A DNA stretch of 64,000 nt from an uncultured Chloroflexia bacterium (lineage in GTDB: Bacteria; Chloroflexota; Dehalococcoidia; DSTF01; JALHUB01), in assembly GCA_963763495.1 (NCBI GenBank), contig CAVXOY010000001.1:8424-72423 (forward strand). Reading direction: 5' to 3'. Numbering within the stretch: position 1 is the first letter of the stretch; the number at the start of each line of letters is the position of its first letter. The translations under genes and the position numbers were made by a program. The notes under the pieces are model-generated. The model was not told the DNA's origin. It did no database searches and was given only the letters and a program-made list of their open reading frames with translations. This document shows, piece after piece, positions 1 through 9,610 of the stretch.

Positions 1-493
1 GCCGGAACAGATGACGATGCAGCTCATCTACGGGGAGACGGTCGAGAGTTCGGGGGGAGACCCGGAGAAGGCGGGCCAGTTCCACCGCGAGTTCTTCCTC
101 GACCCCTTCGCAGCAGGGGACCGCATGGAACATGCGATGATCTTCTACGACGTCGTCAAGCGCAACAACATCAGGTGCTACCTCGCGAACACAGGGACTA
201 TCGGCCAGGATGAGACGGACGTTCACCTCCGCCAGTCACTATCCGCCTACAACGACGTGCTCCGCAATCTGATGATCTTCAGCGCCGAGCCTGACCACCT
301 GGGGATTCACTACCCTGTGCGCTGCGATCGGGCCAACCTCGACCTCCTGCGGGCCGCCCCACTCTACCCCGACAAGCATATCTTGGAGATGCAGATGCAG
401 GACTTCCTGCAGGGGCGGAGCAAGTATCTGGAGAAGTTCGAGAGCGAGTACGGCCAGATACCGGCGAAGATAAGGGAATCTATTCCTCACTAG
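1..493 (+). CDS. Phosphoenolpyruvate carboxykinase (ATP)-like, C-terminal fragment (5' end outside window)
   Basis: ORF 11..493 stays open to the window edge. The C-terminal layout (FLDPF ... YLANTGTIG ...) resembles the C-terminal nucleotide-binding part of ATP-dependent PEPCK. Family call is from memory of PckA sequences. Confidence 0.55.
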   Translation, partial: PEQMTMQLIYGETVESSGGDPEKAGQFHREFFLDPFAAGDRMEHAMIFYDVVKRNNIRCYLANTGTIGQDETDVHLRQSLSAYNDVLRNLMIFSAEPDHLGIHYPVRCDRANLDLLRAAPLYPDKHILEMQMQDFLQGRSKYLEKFESEYGQIPAKIRESIPH

Positions 494-579
494 GCACTCT
501 CCCTCACCATAGCGCCTCCCACCGCTGCTTTAGCGCCGGCACTCCGCCTCACGATACCACCACTGCTTCAGCCCCGCCA

Positions 580-637
580 TCGCCGGCAACGACGGCATCT
601 CTTCCTCCGCTCGCCGGCAGCGACGGCGTCTCTTCCT
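580..637. repeat. Two imperfect 27-nt direct repeats, period 31 nt
   Basis: tcgccggcaAcgacggcAtctcttcct (580-606) and tcgccggcaGcgacggcGtctcttcct (611-637) differ by 2 transitions. They lie immediately upstream of the -35 box of the fur-family gene. Confidence 0.85.
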
Positions 638-638
638 A

Positions 639-667
639 TTGACATTTCTGCCAGCGCGCTATAGTAT
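639..667 (+). promoter_or_regulatory. Sigma70-type promoter of the fur-family/cbiMNQO operon
   Basis: TTGACA (639-644), 17-nt spacer, TAGTAT (662-667), about 30 nt upstream of TTG start 698. Confidence 0.5.
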
Positions 668-677
668 GCAACTGCAT
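666..677. promoter_or_regulatory. Inverted repeat ATGCA-ac-TGCAT, candidate autoregulatory operator
   Basis: A 5-2-5 palindrome overlaps the -10 box and expected transcription start. A third TGCA follows at 683-686. Confidence 0.3.
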
Positions 678-697
678 CTATTTGCAGGAGCAACGAA

Positions 698-1141
698 TTG
701 AGCTGTGAAACTGAGACCGCCGCGGTACTACGAGAGTCCGGCCAAAGACTGACCCCCCAGCGCTTGGCTATCCTATCTATCCTCCGCCATGCCGAGGGAC
801 ATGTGACGGCAGCAGAGATCTTGGAGAGAATGCGAGAGGTCTATCCATACGTCGACATCTCCACCGTCTACCGCACCATGAGCGCCTTCAAGGAGCAGAA
901 CCTGGTATCGGAGACGGACATGGGGACGGGAGAGTACAGCTACGAGTGGATAATGACGGAGCCCCATCATCACTTGATCTGCAGGGAGTGCGGTAGGGAG
1001 GTCTCACTCGACCACAAGTACCTGCATACGATCGGGAGACGGCTCCTGAAGGACTACAAGTTCCGAGCGGAGCTGGACCACCTCGCGATTTTCGGGCTGT
1101 GTCAGGTCTGTGACGAGAAGAGGACAGCGAGCCCTGACTAG
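698..1141 (+). CDS. Fur-family metalloregulator (Fur/Zur/Nur/PerR type)
   Basis: 147 aa. N-terminal winged helix (LTPQRLAILSIL..HVTAAEI), HHHLIC, and two CxxC pairs (CRECG, CQVCD). Only 25 nt separate it from cbiM. Confidence 0.85.
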   Translation: MSCETETAAVLRESGQRLTPQRLAILSILRHAEGHVTAAEILERMREVYPYVDISTVYRTMSAFKEQNLVSETDMGTGEYSYEWIMTEPHHHLICRECGREVSLDHKYLHTIGRRLLKDYKFRAELDHLAIFGLCQVCDEKRTASPD

Positions 1142-1214
1142 ACGATTAGGGCGGAGGTAGCGAGACATGGCTTACATCAACCCCATAGCGCCCCCAGCGC
1201 TGCAACCACCGGCG

Positions 1215-1877
1215 ATGCACATTCCGGACGGCTTCGTGAGCGCGCCGGTCGCTGCCATCGGCTACGTAGCTGCAGGTGTGGCGCTCGCTATCGCGGTGCG
1301 GCAGACGAACCGCAACCTGCAGGAGAAGGCAGTGCCCTTGATGGGAGTGATGGCCGCCTTCATCTTCGCCGCCCAGATGATGAACTTCCCGGTGGCGGGA
1401 GGAACGTCGGGGCACATGTTGGGCGCCGCCCTGGCCACCATGCTCCTGGGGCCGTGGGCAGCGATGATCGTGATAGCATGCGTGGTCGCGGTCCAAGCGC
1501 TGATCTTCCAGGACGGCGGTCTGGCGGCCCTGGGCCCAAACGTCTGGAACATGGCCGTCGTGGGAGTGGTTGTAAGCTACGCGGTGTACCGAGTGCTGAA
1601 GCTGATCGGGAACGGTCAGCCTCTGTGGGATTACGTGGCCCGTTTCGGCGCAGCCTGGGCATCCGTTCAATTCGCAGCTCTGTTCGCCACGTTTGAACTC
1701 GCCCTCTCCGACACATCGCCGCTGAAGGTGGCGCTTCCGGCGATGATGGGAGTGCACGCGCTCATCGGCATCGGCGAAGGACTCATTACGGTAGCCGCCA
1801 TCGCGTTTGTGACGGCTACGCGACGCGATCTCCTTCACTCGCCGGCGGGAAAGGATCTCACCGTTGAAACGCATTAG
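1215..1877 (+). CDS. cbiM: ECF transporter substrate-capture component CbiM/NikM (Co/Ni)
   Basis: ORF 1167..1877. The family-typical N-terminus MHIPDGF starts at codon 17 (ATG 1215), so 1215 is the likelier start. Multi-pass membrane protein. Confidence 0.85.
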   Translation: MHIPDGFVSAPVAAIGYVAAGVALAIAVRQTNRNLQEKAVPLMGVMAAFIFAAQMMNFPVAGGTSGHMLGAALATMLLGPWAAMIVIACVVAVQALIFQDGGLAALGPNVWNMAVVGVVVSYAVYRVLKLIGNGQPLWDYVARFGAAWASVQFAALFATFELALSDTSPLKVALPAMMGVHALIGIGEGLITVAAIAFVTATRRDLLHSPAGKDLTVETH

Positions 1878-2214
1878 TAATCGAACGATAGGTCTTGTCG
1901 CAGCCGGCCTGGGGATTGCGCTGCTGATAACGCTCTTTAGCCCGCTGGCTTCCTCCAGTCCAGACGGCCTGGAGCGGGTGGCCGAAGACAAGGAGTTCAT
2001 TAACAAAGCTGAAGACGCCCCTTACGAGGTCATCGCCGACTATGCCTTTCCCTGGGTCGAGAACGAGGATGTGGCAACGGTACTTGCCGGCATCGTGGGT
2101 GTTCTCATTGTGGCCGGCGTCACCTTCACTCTCGCCTTCGGGATACAGCGCCTCGGCAGACGCTCCTCGTCACCGGAAACAGGACGAAACGCCGGTCAGC
2201 AGGGCCCTCCCTAG
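1864..2214 (+). CDS. PDGLE-domain membrane protein occupying the CbiN/NikN position
   Basis: SSPDGLERVAE motif between two TM helices. The TTG start overlaps the cbiM 3' end. Confidence 0.7.
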   Translation: MKRISNRTIGLVAAGLGIALLITLFSPLASSSPDGLERVAEDKEFINKAEDAPYEVIADYAFPWVENEDVATVLAGIVGVLIVAGVTFTLAFGIQRLGRRSSSPETGRNAGQQGPP

Positions 2215-2226
2215 GACTCGACCCTT

Positions 2227-3022
2227 ATGTCAATCACCCTTCATCTAGGCGAGAGGTATCTCCCCGGCCAAAGCCTCCTTCACAGACTTGACGCCCGGAC
2301 GAAGGTGGTAGGGACGCTCGCCTTTGTCTTTGCGGTTTCGCTGACGCCGGTGGGTCAATGGCCGGCATTCGGCATGCTGGCGCTTATCGTAGTCGGGGCC
2401 ACCGCTGCGAGTCGACTATCCCCTCTGCTGGTATTGCGCCGCTCTGCCCTGGCGCTCCCTTTCCTGACAGTCGCGGTACCTCTCCTGTTCACGAAAGACG
2501 GGAGATGAGCTGTTCACTGTTCCTGCTCTGTTCTGGCGCTGGACGGCCACCGACAACGGGCTGATAGCGCTGGGGACCGTGCTCAGCAAGTCGCTATTGT
2601 CGGTGGGCGCCGCCGTCATACTGACAGCGACGACATCGCCTCTCGCCTTGCTTCGCGCTTTGCGGGGGCTGGGTGTGCCGCGCATCATCGTAGCGACGGT
2701 GCTGTTCATGTACCGTTATCTCTTCGTCATCGGCGAGGAGGCGCTGCGCCTGCTGCGGGCCCGTGACAGCCGCAGCGCTCGTGTTGGACGGCAGAGCGGC
2801 GGCTCGCTGCCCTGGCGAGCGAAGGTGCTGGGAAACATGGTCGGCTCGCTGTTCTTGCGCAGCTATGAGAGAGGAGAACGCGTCTTCGACGCGATGACGG
2901 CGCGTGGCTTCAATGGTGAACTGCGATCGCATTCCGAGCCGGTCATGGCCCGCACTGACTGGCTGGCGCTTGTACTGCTGATGGCGCTTCTCGTCGGCGT
3001 GCAAACGTACGTGAGGTTGTGA
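2227..3022 (+). CDS. cbiQ: ECF transporter T component CbiQ, apparent +1 frameshift
   Basis: ORFs 2227..2508 and 2579..3022 are one gene. Frame-2 translation upstream of 2579 reads ELFTVPALFWRWTATDNGLIALGTVLSKS and continues ...LLFTKDG from frame 1. One extra G lies in the ggg run at 2500-2502. Confidence 0.85.
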
Positions 3023-3023
3023 G

Positions 3024-3746
3024 ATGGCGGCGGCGAGCAGTATCGCTGTGTCTATTCGGAACCTCTCCTTCTCCTATCCCGACGGCCATACGGCGCTGCA
3101 CGGGATCGACCTGAGCATCACGGAGGGAGAACGGGTCGCCCTGGTCGGACCGAACGGCGCCGGCAAGTCGACGCTGCTGCTCCACCTGAACGGTACTCTT
3201 AGAGGGCAGGGGGAGATTGAGATAGCAGGACGACCGCTGCGGGACGGCCATTTCGCGGAGGCACGGTCGGCAGTGGGGCTTGTGTTCCAGAACCCCGACG
3301 ATCAGTTGTTTTCACCCACAGTGTTCGAGGACGTGGCCTTCGGGCCTCTCTACATGGGGTTGCCCAAGGAGGAGGTACGACAACGGGTAGAGAGGGCTTT
3401 GGCAGAGGTGGGCATGTCGGGTATGGAAGAGAGGATGCCCCATCACCTCAGCCTGGGCGAGCGCAAGCGGATTGCCATCGCCACTGTGCTCTCGATGAAC
3501 CCTGCGATACTCGCGGTGGACGAGCCATCGATGGGGCTGGACCCGCGGGCGCGACGTGGCCTCATCCGCCTGCTAGCCGGGCTGGAGCAGACGGTGATCG
3601 CTTGCACTCACGACATGCACTTGGTGCGCGACCTCTTTCCTCGCACCGTAATCCTCGACCGGGGGCAGATAGTCGCCGATGGGCCGACGAGCGCGATCCT
3701 GGCGGACACGGCACTATTGGAGAAACACGGTCTGGAAGCCCCTTAG
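3024..3746 (+). CDS. cbiO: ECF transporter ATPase CbiO
   Basis: Walker A GPNGAGKST, signature LSLGERKR, Walker B ILAVDEP. Directly follows cbiQ. Confidence 0.9.
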   Translation: MAAASSIAVSIRNLSFSYPDGHTALHGIDLSITEGERVALVGPNGAGKSTLLLHLNGTLRGQGEIEIAGRPLRDGHFAEARSAVGLVFQNPDDQLFSPTVFEDVAFGPLYMGLPKEEVRQRVERALAEVGMSGMEERMPHHLSLGERKRIAIATVLSMNPAILAVDEPSMGLDPRARRGLIRLLAGLEQTVIACTHDMHLVRDLFPRTVILDRGQIVADGPTSAILADTALLEKHGLEAP

Positions 3747-3781
3747 AGACGGCGCAACCAGATAACGAGGCATCAGCGTCG

Positions 3782-6301
3782 TCATCCGACGTGGTTGACC
3801 CCGCCGGCGGAAGCCCGTTGCTCCACCGCCACCCACTTGGTCTCCTCATCAAGCCAGACGAGCAGCGGTGGCAAGACAACGAGGCTAGCAAGAAGACATA
3901 GTCCCATGTTGAGAGCGGTCACCTTGCCAAAGCTTTCCAGAAGCGGGAAGTCAGAGAAGGCAAGGGCCGCGAAGCCACCGATAACCGTTAGCCCAGAGGC
4001 GGCGATAGCCCGCCCTATCCGAAGCGAGGCGATACCCATCGCCTCTCGCGGTACATAGCCGTTCTCTCTCTCCTCAAAGTAGCGAGACATGATGAGCACC
4101 GTGAACTCCGTCCCCATCGCGATGATCAAAGGGCCGGAGACAGCAGTCAGAGGATTAAGCTCCATCCCCATCAGATAGATGACGACCGACGATGCGCTCA
4201 ATGCCAGCACGGTCGGGAGAACTGGCAACACCGCCTTCGCCGGGTTGCGGTAGACGATCAACAGCCCCAAGGTTATAGCGCCCAGGGCGGCGATAGTCAT
4301 GAGGCCACGGTTCTGGGAGAGAGCGTTTGTCGTCTCAGCACCGATAACCGATAGGCCTCCCGCCACAATCGATACGCCCGGCGGCAGGTTGTCGACAGCC
4401 TCGATCCCCTTTATCAGATCCCGGCGTTCAGCCAGAGACATATCACCCACGCTGAAGATCACGCTCGCTTTAGTGCCATCCGCGCTTATGAGAGAGTCCC
4501 TGATGCCAGCCGGCGCGACTTGGAGGAACTCCTCCGCTATCGCTGGAGGAGGCAGTTCTCCCCGATTAGCAGCGGTCAGCGTTGACGCCAGACTGTTAGC
4601 CCTCAGCAGCTTGGAATGTTTCGTCATCTGCTCCTGCTGAAAGCTCTGCATCCAGGCCAGGACATCCGGCCTCAGTACGTTGTCAGCCTCGACAAGGATG
4701 CCCAACTCGCTGTTGGAGCCGACGGTGTCGCGTATGTAGTAGAGATCCCGGAGGACCTCGCTGTCTTGGGGGATAAACCGCTCCGGCTCCGTCTGAAGAG
4801 GGATTCGCCGATCCAGAAACAGGCCGAGTAGGACGACGAAAAGGCCGATAGCAAGGACCGGCAGCACGCGCCCGATGGTGTGAGTGGTAATAGTCCTGAC
4901 CATCCTTTCGACTCGGAGGTTCGGTACATTGACAATGGGGGCACGCCGACTGTCAGCGCCGGGGCGCTCCCTAACACAGAGGGCGCTGTGGAGGACGAGC
5001 AGTCCGGCCATGAACAGGATCACGGTGCCCACCGCGAGCATAGAACCGAAGTCGCGGATCATGGGAACCCGCGATATATGTAAGACGAGAAAGCCGGCTG
5101 AGGCTGCGAGCACGGCGATGCCTATGGCGGGACCGATGTGAGGCAGTGACGCTCTTAGCGCCTGGGCGCGGCTCCCTGCTGTGCCCAACTCCTCATCGAA
5201 CCGGCTGTGTAACTGGATGGCGAAGTCGACCCCCAATCCCATTAGGATGGGCAAGCCGGAGATAGTGACCATCGTCAAGGGCAGGGAGAGGAACCCCATC
5301 AGACCAAAGGCCCAGATACAGCCAGCAAGGACGACGGGAAGGGAGAGCAGCCGCCAGCGCGCCCGGAATACCAGGGCCAGCACGACGATCATCAGGAGAA
5401 GCGCCAAAGCCGCCATGCTGATCAGGTTGCTGCGCATGGAGTCGTTGATCTCTTTGATAAGCACAGCGGGGCCAGTCGGAAGCGTCGTGAGCCCATCGAA
5501 GGAGTAGCCGCGAACCATCTCCACGACGTCTCCCGCAGCTTGGGCCTGCTCGTCCATGGACATGTTCCCGGCGAGGCGGATCACGAGCAAGCTGTGATTG
5601 CGGTCGGGAATGACATCGGCCATCTCGGGACGGACGTTGCCGGCGGCGTCGAAGAGGATGAACTCGGCAAGCTTGGGGTTATCGAGGGATATCTCCCCTA
5701 CCTGAGCGAAGCGCTGGGCGTCGGGGCCCTGCTCGGCCAAGAACTGCTCCGCCACTGTCGCCATCGCCGCCTGGGCCGCCGCCTCTTGAGCTTCCGGCGA
5801 TGCCCCCTGGGCGGCCGCACTTTGCCTGGCCTCTTGGGCCGCCTGCTGCTGCCTCTGTGTCAGCTCAGCGAGGGCGAGTTCCTGCTGTATCTTCGCCTGG
5901 TCTACGCCGAACTGAAGGACGGAGAGCGGGCTAACGATGGAGAAGTAGCGGGGGTCAGCGCCGAGCTGCTCCTGGAGCTGGCGAAGCGTATCCACGTTGG
6001 AACCAGAGAGGAGATGGAGAACGTCTCCTTCGAACAGAACGAGCACGGGATCGCCGCCGAACTGCCGCTGATAGCGAAGGTTGTCCTGGTAGACCTTAGA
6101 GCTAGGGGAGATAAGGGTGTCCTGCCCGGTCCGGAAATCGATGCGGAGAAGGCCAAAGGCAAAGACAATTGTCGCTACGACAGCGACCGCCATGATCCAG
6201 AGGTGATAACGGCTGATGAAGCCGGCCAGTAAGACCCAAACCCTACGCATTGCCACTCCGGTTCGGGTCGCCGAGACCTGCCACCGAATCTGATCATTCA
6301 A
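3782..6301 (-). CDS. MMPL/RND-superfamily transporter (HpnN-like)
   Basis: 839 aa with two 6-TM bundles, each preceded by a large soluble loop. An alternative start is at M18 (6250). Confidence 0.75.
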   Translation of the reverse strand: MNDQIRWQVSATRTGVAMRRVWVLLAGFISRYHLWIMAVAVVATIVFAFGLLRIDFRTGQDTLISPSSKVYQDNLRYQRQFGGDPVLVLFEGDVLHLLSGSNVDTLRQLQEQLGADPRYFSIVSPLSVLQFGVDQAKIQQELALAELTQRQQQAAQEARQSAAAQGASPEAQEAAAQAAMATVAEQFLAEQGPDAQRFAQVGEISLDNPKLAEFILFDAAGNVRPEMADVIPDRNHSLLVIRLAGNMSMDEQAQAAGDVVEMVRGYSFDGLTTLPTGPAVLIKEINDSMRSNLISMAALALLLMIVVLALVFRARWRLLSLPVVLAGCIWAFGLMGFLSLPLTMVTISGLPILMGLGVDFAIQLHSRFDEELGTAGSRAQALRASLPHIGPAIGIAVLAASAGFLVLHISRVPMIRDFGSMLAVGTVILFMAGLLVLHSALCVRERPGADSRRAPIVNVPNLRVERMVRTITTHTIGRVLPVLAIGLFVVLLGLFLDRRIPLQTEPERFIPQDSEVLRDLYYIRDTVGSNSELGILVEADNVLRPDVLAWMQSFQQEQMTKHSKLLRANSLASTLTAANRGELPPPAIAEEFLQVAPAGIRDSLISADGTKASVIFSVGDMSLAERRDLIKGIEAVDNLPPGVSIVAGGLSVIGAETTNALSQNRGLMTIAALGAITLGLLIVYRNPAKAVLPVLPTVLALSASSVVIYLMGMELNPLTAVSGPLIIAMGTEFTVLIMSRYFEERENGYVPREAMGIASLRIGRAIAASGLTVIGGFAALAFSDFPLLESFGKVTALNMGLCLLASLVVLPPLLVWLDEETKWVAVEQRASAGGVNHVG

Positions 6302-6486
6302 CTAGAGGGAGCCGGCGCTGCCCCTTTTCCTTCGTACATCAGGATAAGCTATCTGTCAAGCCCTGCTTCGGCCCTCTCTCGCCGAGCTGTTTGACCGATC
6401 TGCAGCATCTCTTGCGGTATCTAAGATACAAACGCCCGGCTACAAGAATCGTTCCGCCGCCGTTCCAAGTTGGCCCTCCAGACTCC

Positions 6487-6515
6487 TTGCGATGGCTCGG
6501 AAAGCCTGATATAAT
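6487..6515 (+). promoter_or_regulatory. pyr operon promoter (extended -10)
   Basis: TTGCGA (6487-6492), 17-nt spacer, TGaTATAAT (6507-6515). Confidence 0.55.
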
Positions 6516-6535
6516 GCCTCTCAGACATCAGGGAA

Positions 6536-6569
6536 CCTTTAAGTCCGGTTCAGTGAGACCGGGAAGGGG
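6536..6569 (+). promoter_or_regulatory. PyrR-binding anti-antiterminator stem-loop in the pyr leader
   Basis: CCUUUAAGUCCGGUUCAGUGAGACCGGGAAGGGG resembles the PyrR RNA motif (CCUUUAA ... UCC..GAGAG.. ... AAGG). It sits between the promoter and the terminator. Confidence 0.55.
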
Positions 6570-6625
6570 ATAACGGAAAGTGGGCTCTCACGCCCCAGGG
6601 CTAGTCACAGGTTCGAATAGGGAGA

Positions 6626-6658
6626 CCTCTCGCTGGTCAGCCAGTGAGGGGTTTTTTG
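6626..6658 (+). terminator. Intrinsic terminator / attenuator immediately upstream of pyrR
   Basis: Stem cctctcgctgg / ccagtgagggg with loop tcag, followed by TTTTTT (6652-6657). It ends 2 nt before ATG 6660. Confidence 0.75.
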
Positions 6659-6659
6659 T

Positions 6660-7202
6660 ATGACCGAGACAATCATCATGTCACCGGAGGACGTGCGCCG
6701 CGCTATCATGCGCATCGCTCATGAGATCGTGGAGAACAATCGCGGCTGCAAAGACCTGGTGTTCGTCGGCATGCAGACGCGGGGCGTGCCCTTGGCGAAG
6801 CGGATCGTCGATTGCATCGCCGAATTCGAGGGAGAAGGCCCGCCGCTGGGCACCCTGGACATCGGGCTGTATCGCGACGACCTACCCGACCAGGGGCTGA
6901 ACATCGAGATCAAGCCGAGCGACATACCGACGAACATCGCCGGGAAGCGGGTCGTGCTCGTCGATGACGTGCTCTACACCGGCCGCAGCATCCGCGCCGC
7001 CTTGGATGCTCTCATCGACTACGGCCGCCCGGGTCGCATTCAGCTCGCAGTGCTCGTAGACCGCGGCCACCGGGAGCTGCCGATCCGCGCCGACTACGTG
7101 GGGAAGAACATTCCCACGTCACGCCAAGACGAGGTGCAGGTGCGCCTGCTGGAGACAGACGGCAGCGACGGGGTTCTACTCACCACAGCGGAGGGAGAAT
7201 GA
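6660..7202 (+). CDS. pyrR: Bifunctional pyr operon regulator / uracil phosphoribosyltransferase PyrR
   Basis: 180 aa with PRPP-binding motif [13 protein letters not shown]. First gene after the attenuator. Confidence 0.92.
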   Translation: MTETIIMSPEDVRRAIMRIAHEIVENNRGCKDLVFVGMQTRGVPLAKRIVDCIAEFEGEGPPLGTLDIGLYRDDLPDQGLNIEIKPSDIPTNIAGKRVVLVDDVLYTGRSIRAALDALIDYGRPGRIQLAVLVDRGHRELPIRADYVGKNIPTSRQDEVQVRLLETDGSDGVLLTTAEGE

Positions 7203-8263
7203 CGATGTCTGCTAACCTCCCAAATGAACGCGAGAGATCGAGCGGCGCGGCCACCCTCGCCCAAGAGCCACCGACGTCGACTCTGCCCCACCCGGCTCCC
7301 GGCACTTGGCATCACAGTCACGTCCTCGACCTCGACGACTTCTCTCAGGAAGAGATTGAGCTTGTGCTGGAGACAACGGGCACGATGAAGGAGGTGCTGG
7401 CGCGGCAGATCGCGCGGGTTCCCACACTGCGGGGCACAACCGTCGTCACCCTATTCTACGAGTCGAGCACGCGCACGCGGTCTTCTTTCGAGCTGGCCGG
7501 CAAGGTATTGGGAGCGGACGTCATAAACATCGCCGCCTCAACCAGCAGCGTTCAGAAGGGGGAATCGCTCGTCGACACGGTGCTGACGCTGCAGGCAATC
7601 GGCGCTGACGTGCTGGTGATGCGCCACCCCCGCTCGGGGGCGCCCTACCTGGCATCCCGCCACACGCGGGCGAGCGTCATCAATGCCGGCGACGGCTGGC
7701 ACGCTCACCCGACACAGGCGCTGCTCGACCTGTTCACCATCCAGTCACATATCGGCGACGTGAGAGGGCGGAAGGTGGTCATTGTCGGCGACATCACGCA
7801 CAGCCGGGTCGCCCGCTCCAATCTGTGGAGCCTCGCGACGATGGGCGCCCAGGTGGTGGTCTGCGGCCCGCCCACGCTGATTCCCGTCGGACTCGAAGGG
7901 CCGCAGGGGAGCGAGGCGGGAAACGAGCTTGACCGCCTGCCACCGGTCGAGATCGAAGCAAACCTCGACCGCGCCATCAGGGACGCGGACGTGGTCATGA
8001 CACTGCGGCTCCAACTGGAGCGACAGCAGAGCGGCCTCATCCCCAGCATCCGCGAGTACTGCAATCTCTACCAGGTAACCGAGGAGCGGCTGGCAACGGC
8101 CAAGCCGGGCGCGCTTGTCCTGCACCCGGGGCCGGTAAACGAAGGCGTCGAGATTTCGCTCGGCGTGGCGCACGGGGCGCAATCGGTGATCGAAGAGCAG
8201 GTGGCGAACGGCGTGGCCGTGCGCATGGCGCTGCTGTACCTGCTATCGCGAGGACGATCATGA
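7199..8263 (+). CDS. pyrB: Aspartate carbamoyltransferase catalytic subunit
   Basis: Motifs [21 protein letters not shown] and LHPGPVN. The ATG overlaps the pyrR stop (ATGA). A ~40-aa N-terminal extension suggests the start may be later. Confidence 0.9.
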   Translation: MTMSANLPNERERSSGAATLAQEPPTSTLPHPAPGTWHHSHVLDLDDFSQEEIELVLETTGTMKEVLARQIARVPTLRGTTVVTLFYESSTRTRSSFELAGKVLGADVINIAASTSSVQKGESLVDTVLTLQAIGADVLVMRHPRSGAPYLASRHTRASVINAGDGWHAHPTQALLDLFTIQSHIGDVRGRKVVIVGDITHSRVARSNLWSLATMGAQVVVCGPPTLIPVGLEGPQGSEAGNELDRLPPVEIEANLDRAIRDADVVMTLRLQLERQQSGLIPSIREYCNLYQVTEERLATAKPGALVLHPGPVNEGVEISLGVAHGAQSVIEEQVANGVAVRMALLYLLSRGRS

Positions 8264-9610
8264 ACGGCGCAAAGTCCAAGCTGATCATCCGCGGCGGACG
8301 TGTCCTCGACCCGGGACAGGGGATCGACCTAGTGGGAGACGTCCTGATCTCGGACGGGCGGATCGCGGCGGTGGGAGCGGAAATCAAGGACGGCGGAGCG
8401 AGGGTCATCGACGCGAAAGGGGCTTATCGTCTGCCCAGGGCTGGTCGACATCCACTGCCATTTGCGCGACCCCGGTTTCGAGTACAAGGAGACGATTGAG
8501 ACGGGCACGCTGGCGGCAGCGCACGGCGGCTTCACTACCGTCTGCTGCATGCCAAACACCCAGCCGCCCATCGACAGCCGGGCGACAGTCGAGTACATAC
8601 AGCGCACGGCGGCGCTGACAGCGTCGGTACGGGTGCTGCCCATCGGCTGCGTGAGCAAGGGACGGCAGGGGAAGGAGATCGCGGAGTTGGGAGACCTCGC
8701 CGATGCGGGTGTGGTCGCCTTCAGCGACGACGGCAGCCCAGTGGCCGACGGCGCTCTCATGCGCAAGGCGCTGGAATACTGCCGAGCGCTGGGACTGCCT
8801 ATATCGGACCACTGCGAGGAGCCATCGCTGGCGCAGGGCGGCGTGATGCACGAGGGATGGGTAGCGGTACGGCTGGGGCTACGAGGACAGCCCGCCGCCG
8901 CCGAGGAGTCGCAGGTGGCGCGCGATATCGCGCTGGCAGAGCTCACGGGCTCGCCGGTGCACATCGCGCACGTCAGCACGCGAGGCAGCGTCGAGCTAGT
9001 GCGCCAGGCGAAAGCGCGGGGCTTGCCGGTGACGGCAGAGGTGACGCCGCACCACCTGACGCTTACCCATGAGAGTGTTATGTCTAGTACATCCCTGCCC
9101 GGCGAGCTGGCCTACGACACCAACGCCAAGGTCTCGCCACCGCTGCGGACGGCGGACGACGTGGCCGCCTGCGTCGAGGGGCTGCGCGACGGCACCATCG
9201 ACGCCATCGCAACCGACCACGCGCCGCACGCGCCGGTGGACAAGCTGTGCGAGTTCGACGACGCGCCGTCGGGGATCAGCGGCTTCGAGACGGCGCTGGG
9301 GCTCGTCCTGACGCTGGTGCACGAGGGCAAGCTGGAGCTGGCGACGGTCATCGAAAAGATGACGGCGGGGCCGGTCGCAGCGCTTAGACTCGACCGTCAC
9401 GAGGGCTTGGCCGGTCTGGGGAGCCTGGCAGCCGGTGCGCCGGGCGACGTGACGGTCTTCGACCCGAACGCGGAGTGGACGGTGGAGCCGGAGCGCTTCG
9501 CCAGCAAGGGGAAGAACACGCCGCTGGCGGGCCGCGTGCTCAAGGGTCAGGTGGTGATGACGATCAGCAACGGGCGGCAGGTATTCGCCCGAGACGAGGT
9601 GACGGTCTAG
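8260..9610 (+). CDS. pyrC: Dihydroorotase, apparent +1 frameshift
   Basis: ORFs 8260..8499 and 8462..9610. Dropping one G of the gggg run at 8419-8422 restores VIDAKG|[23 protein letters not shown]. Confidence 0.9.

Noticed and set aside
6610-6618. A GGTTCGAAT T-loop-like motif in the pyr leader, considered as a possible tRNA or tmRNA fragment.
   Set aside because: No acceptor, D or anticodon arms can be folded around it. It lies within the attenuator alternative-structure region.
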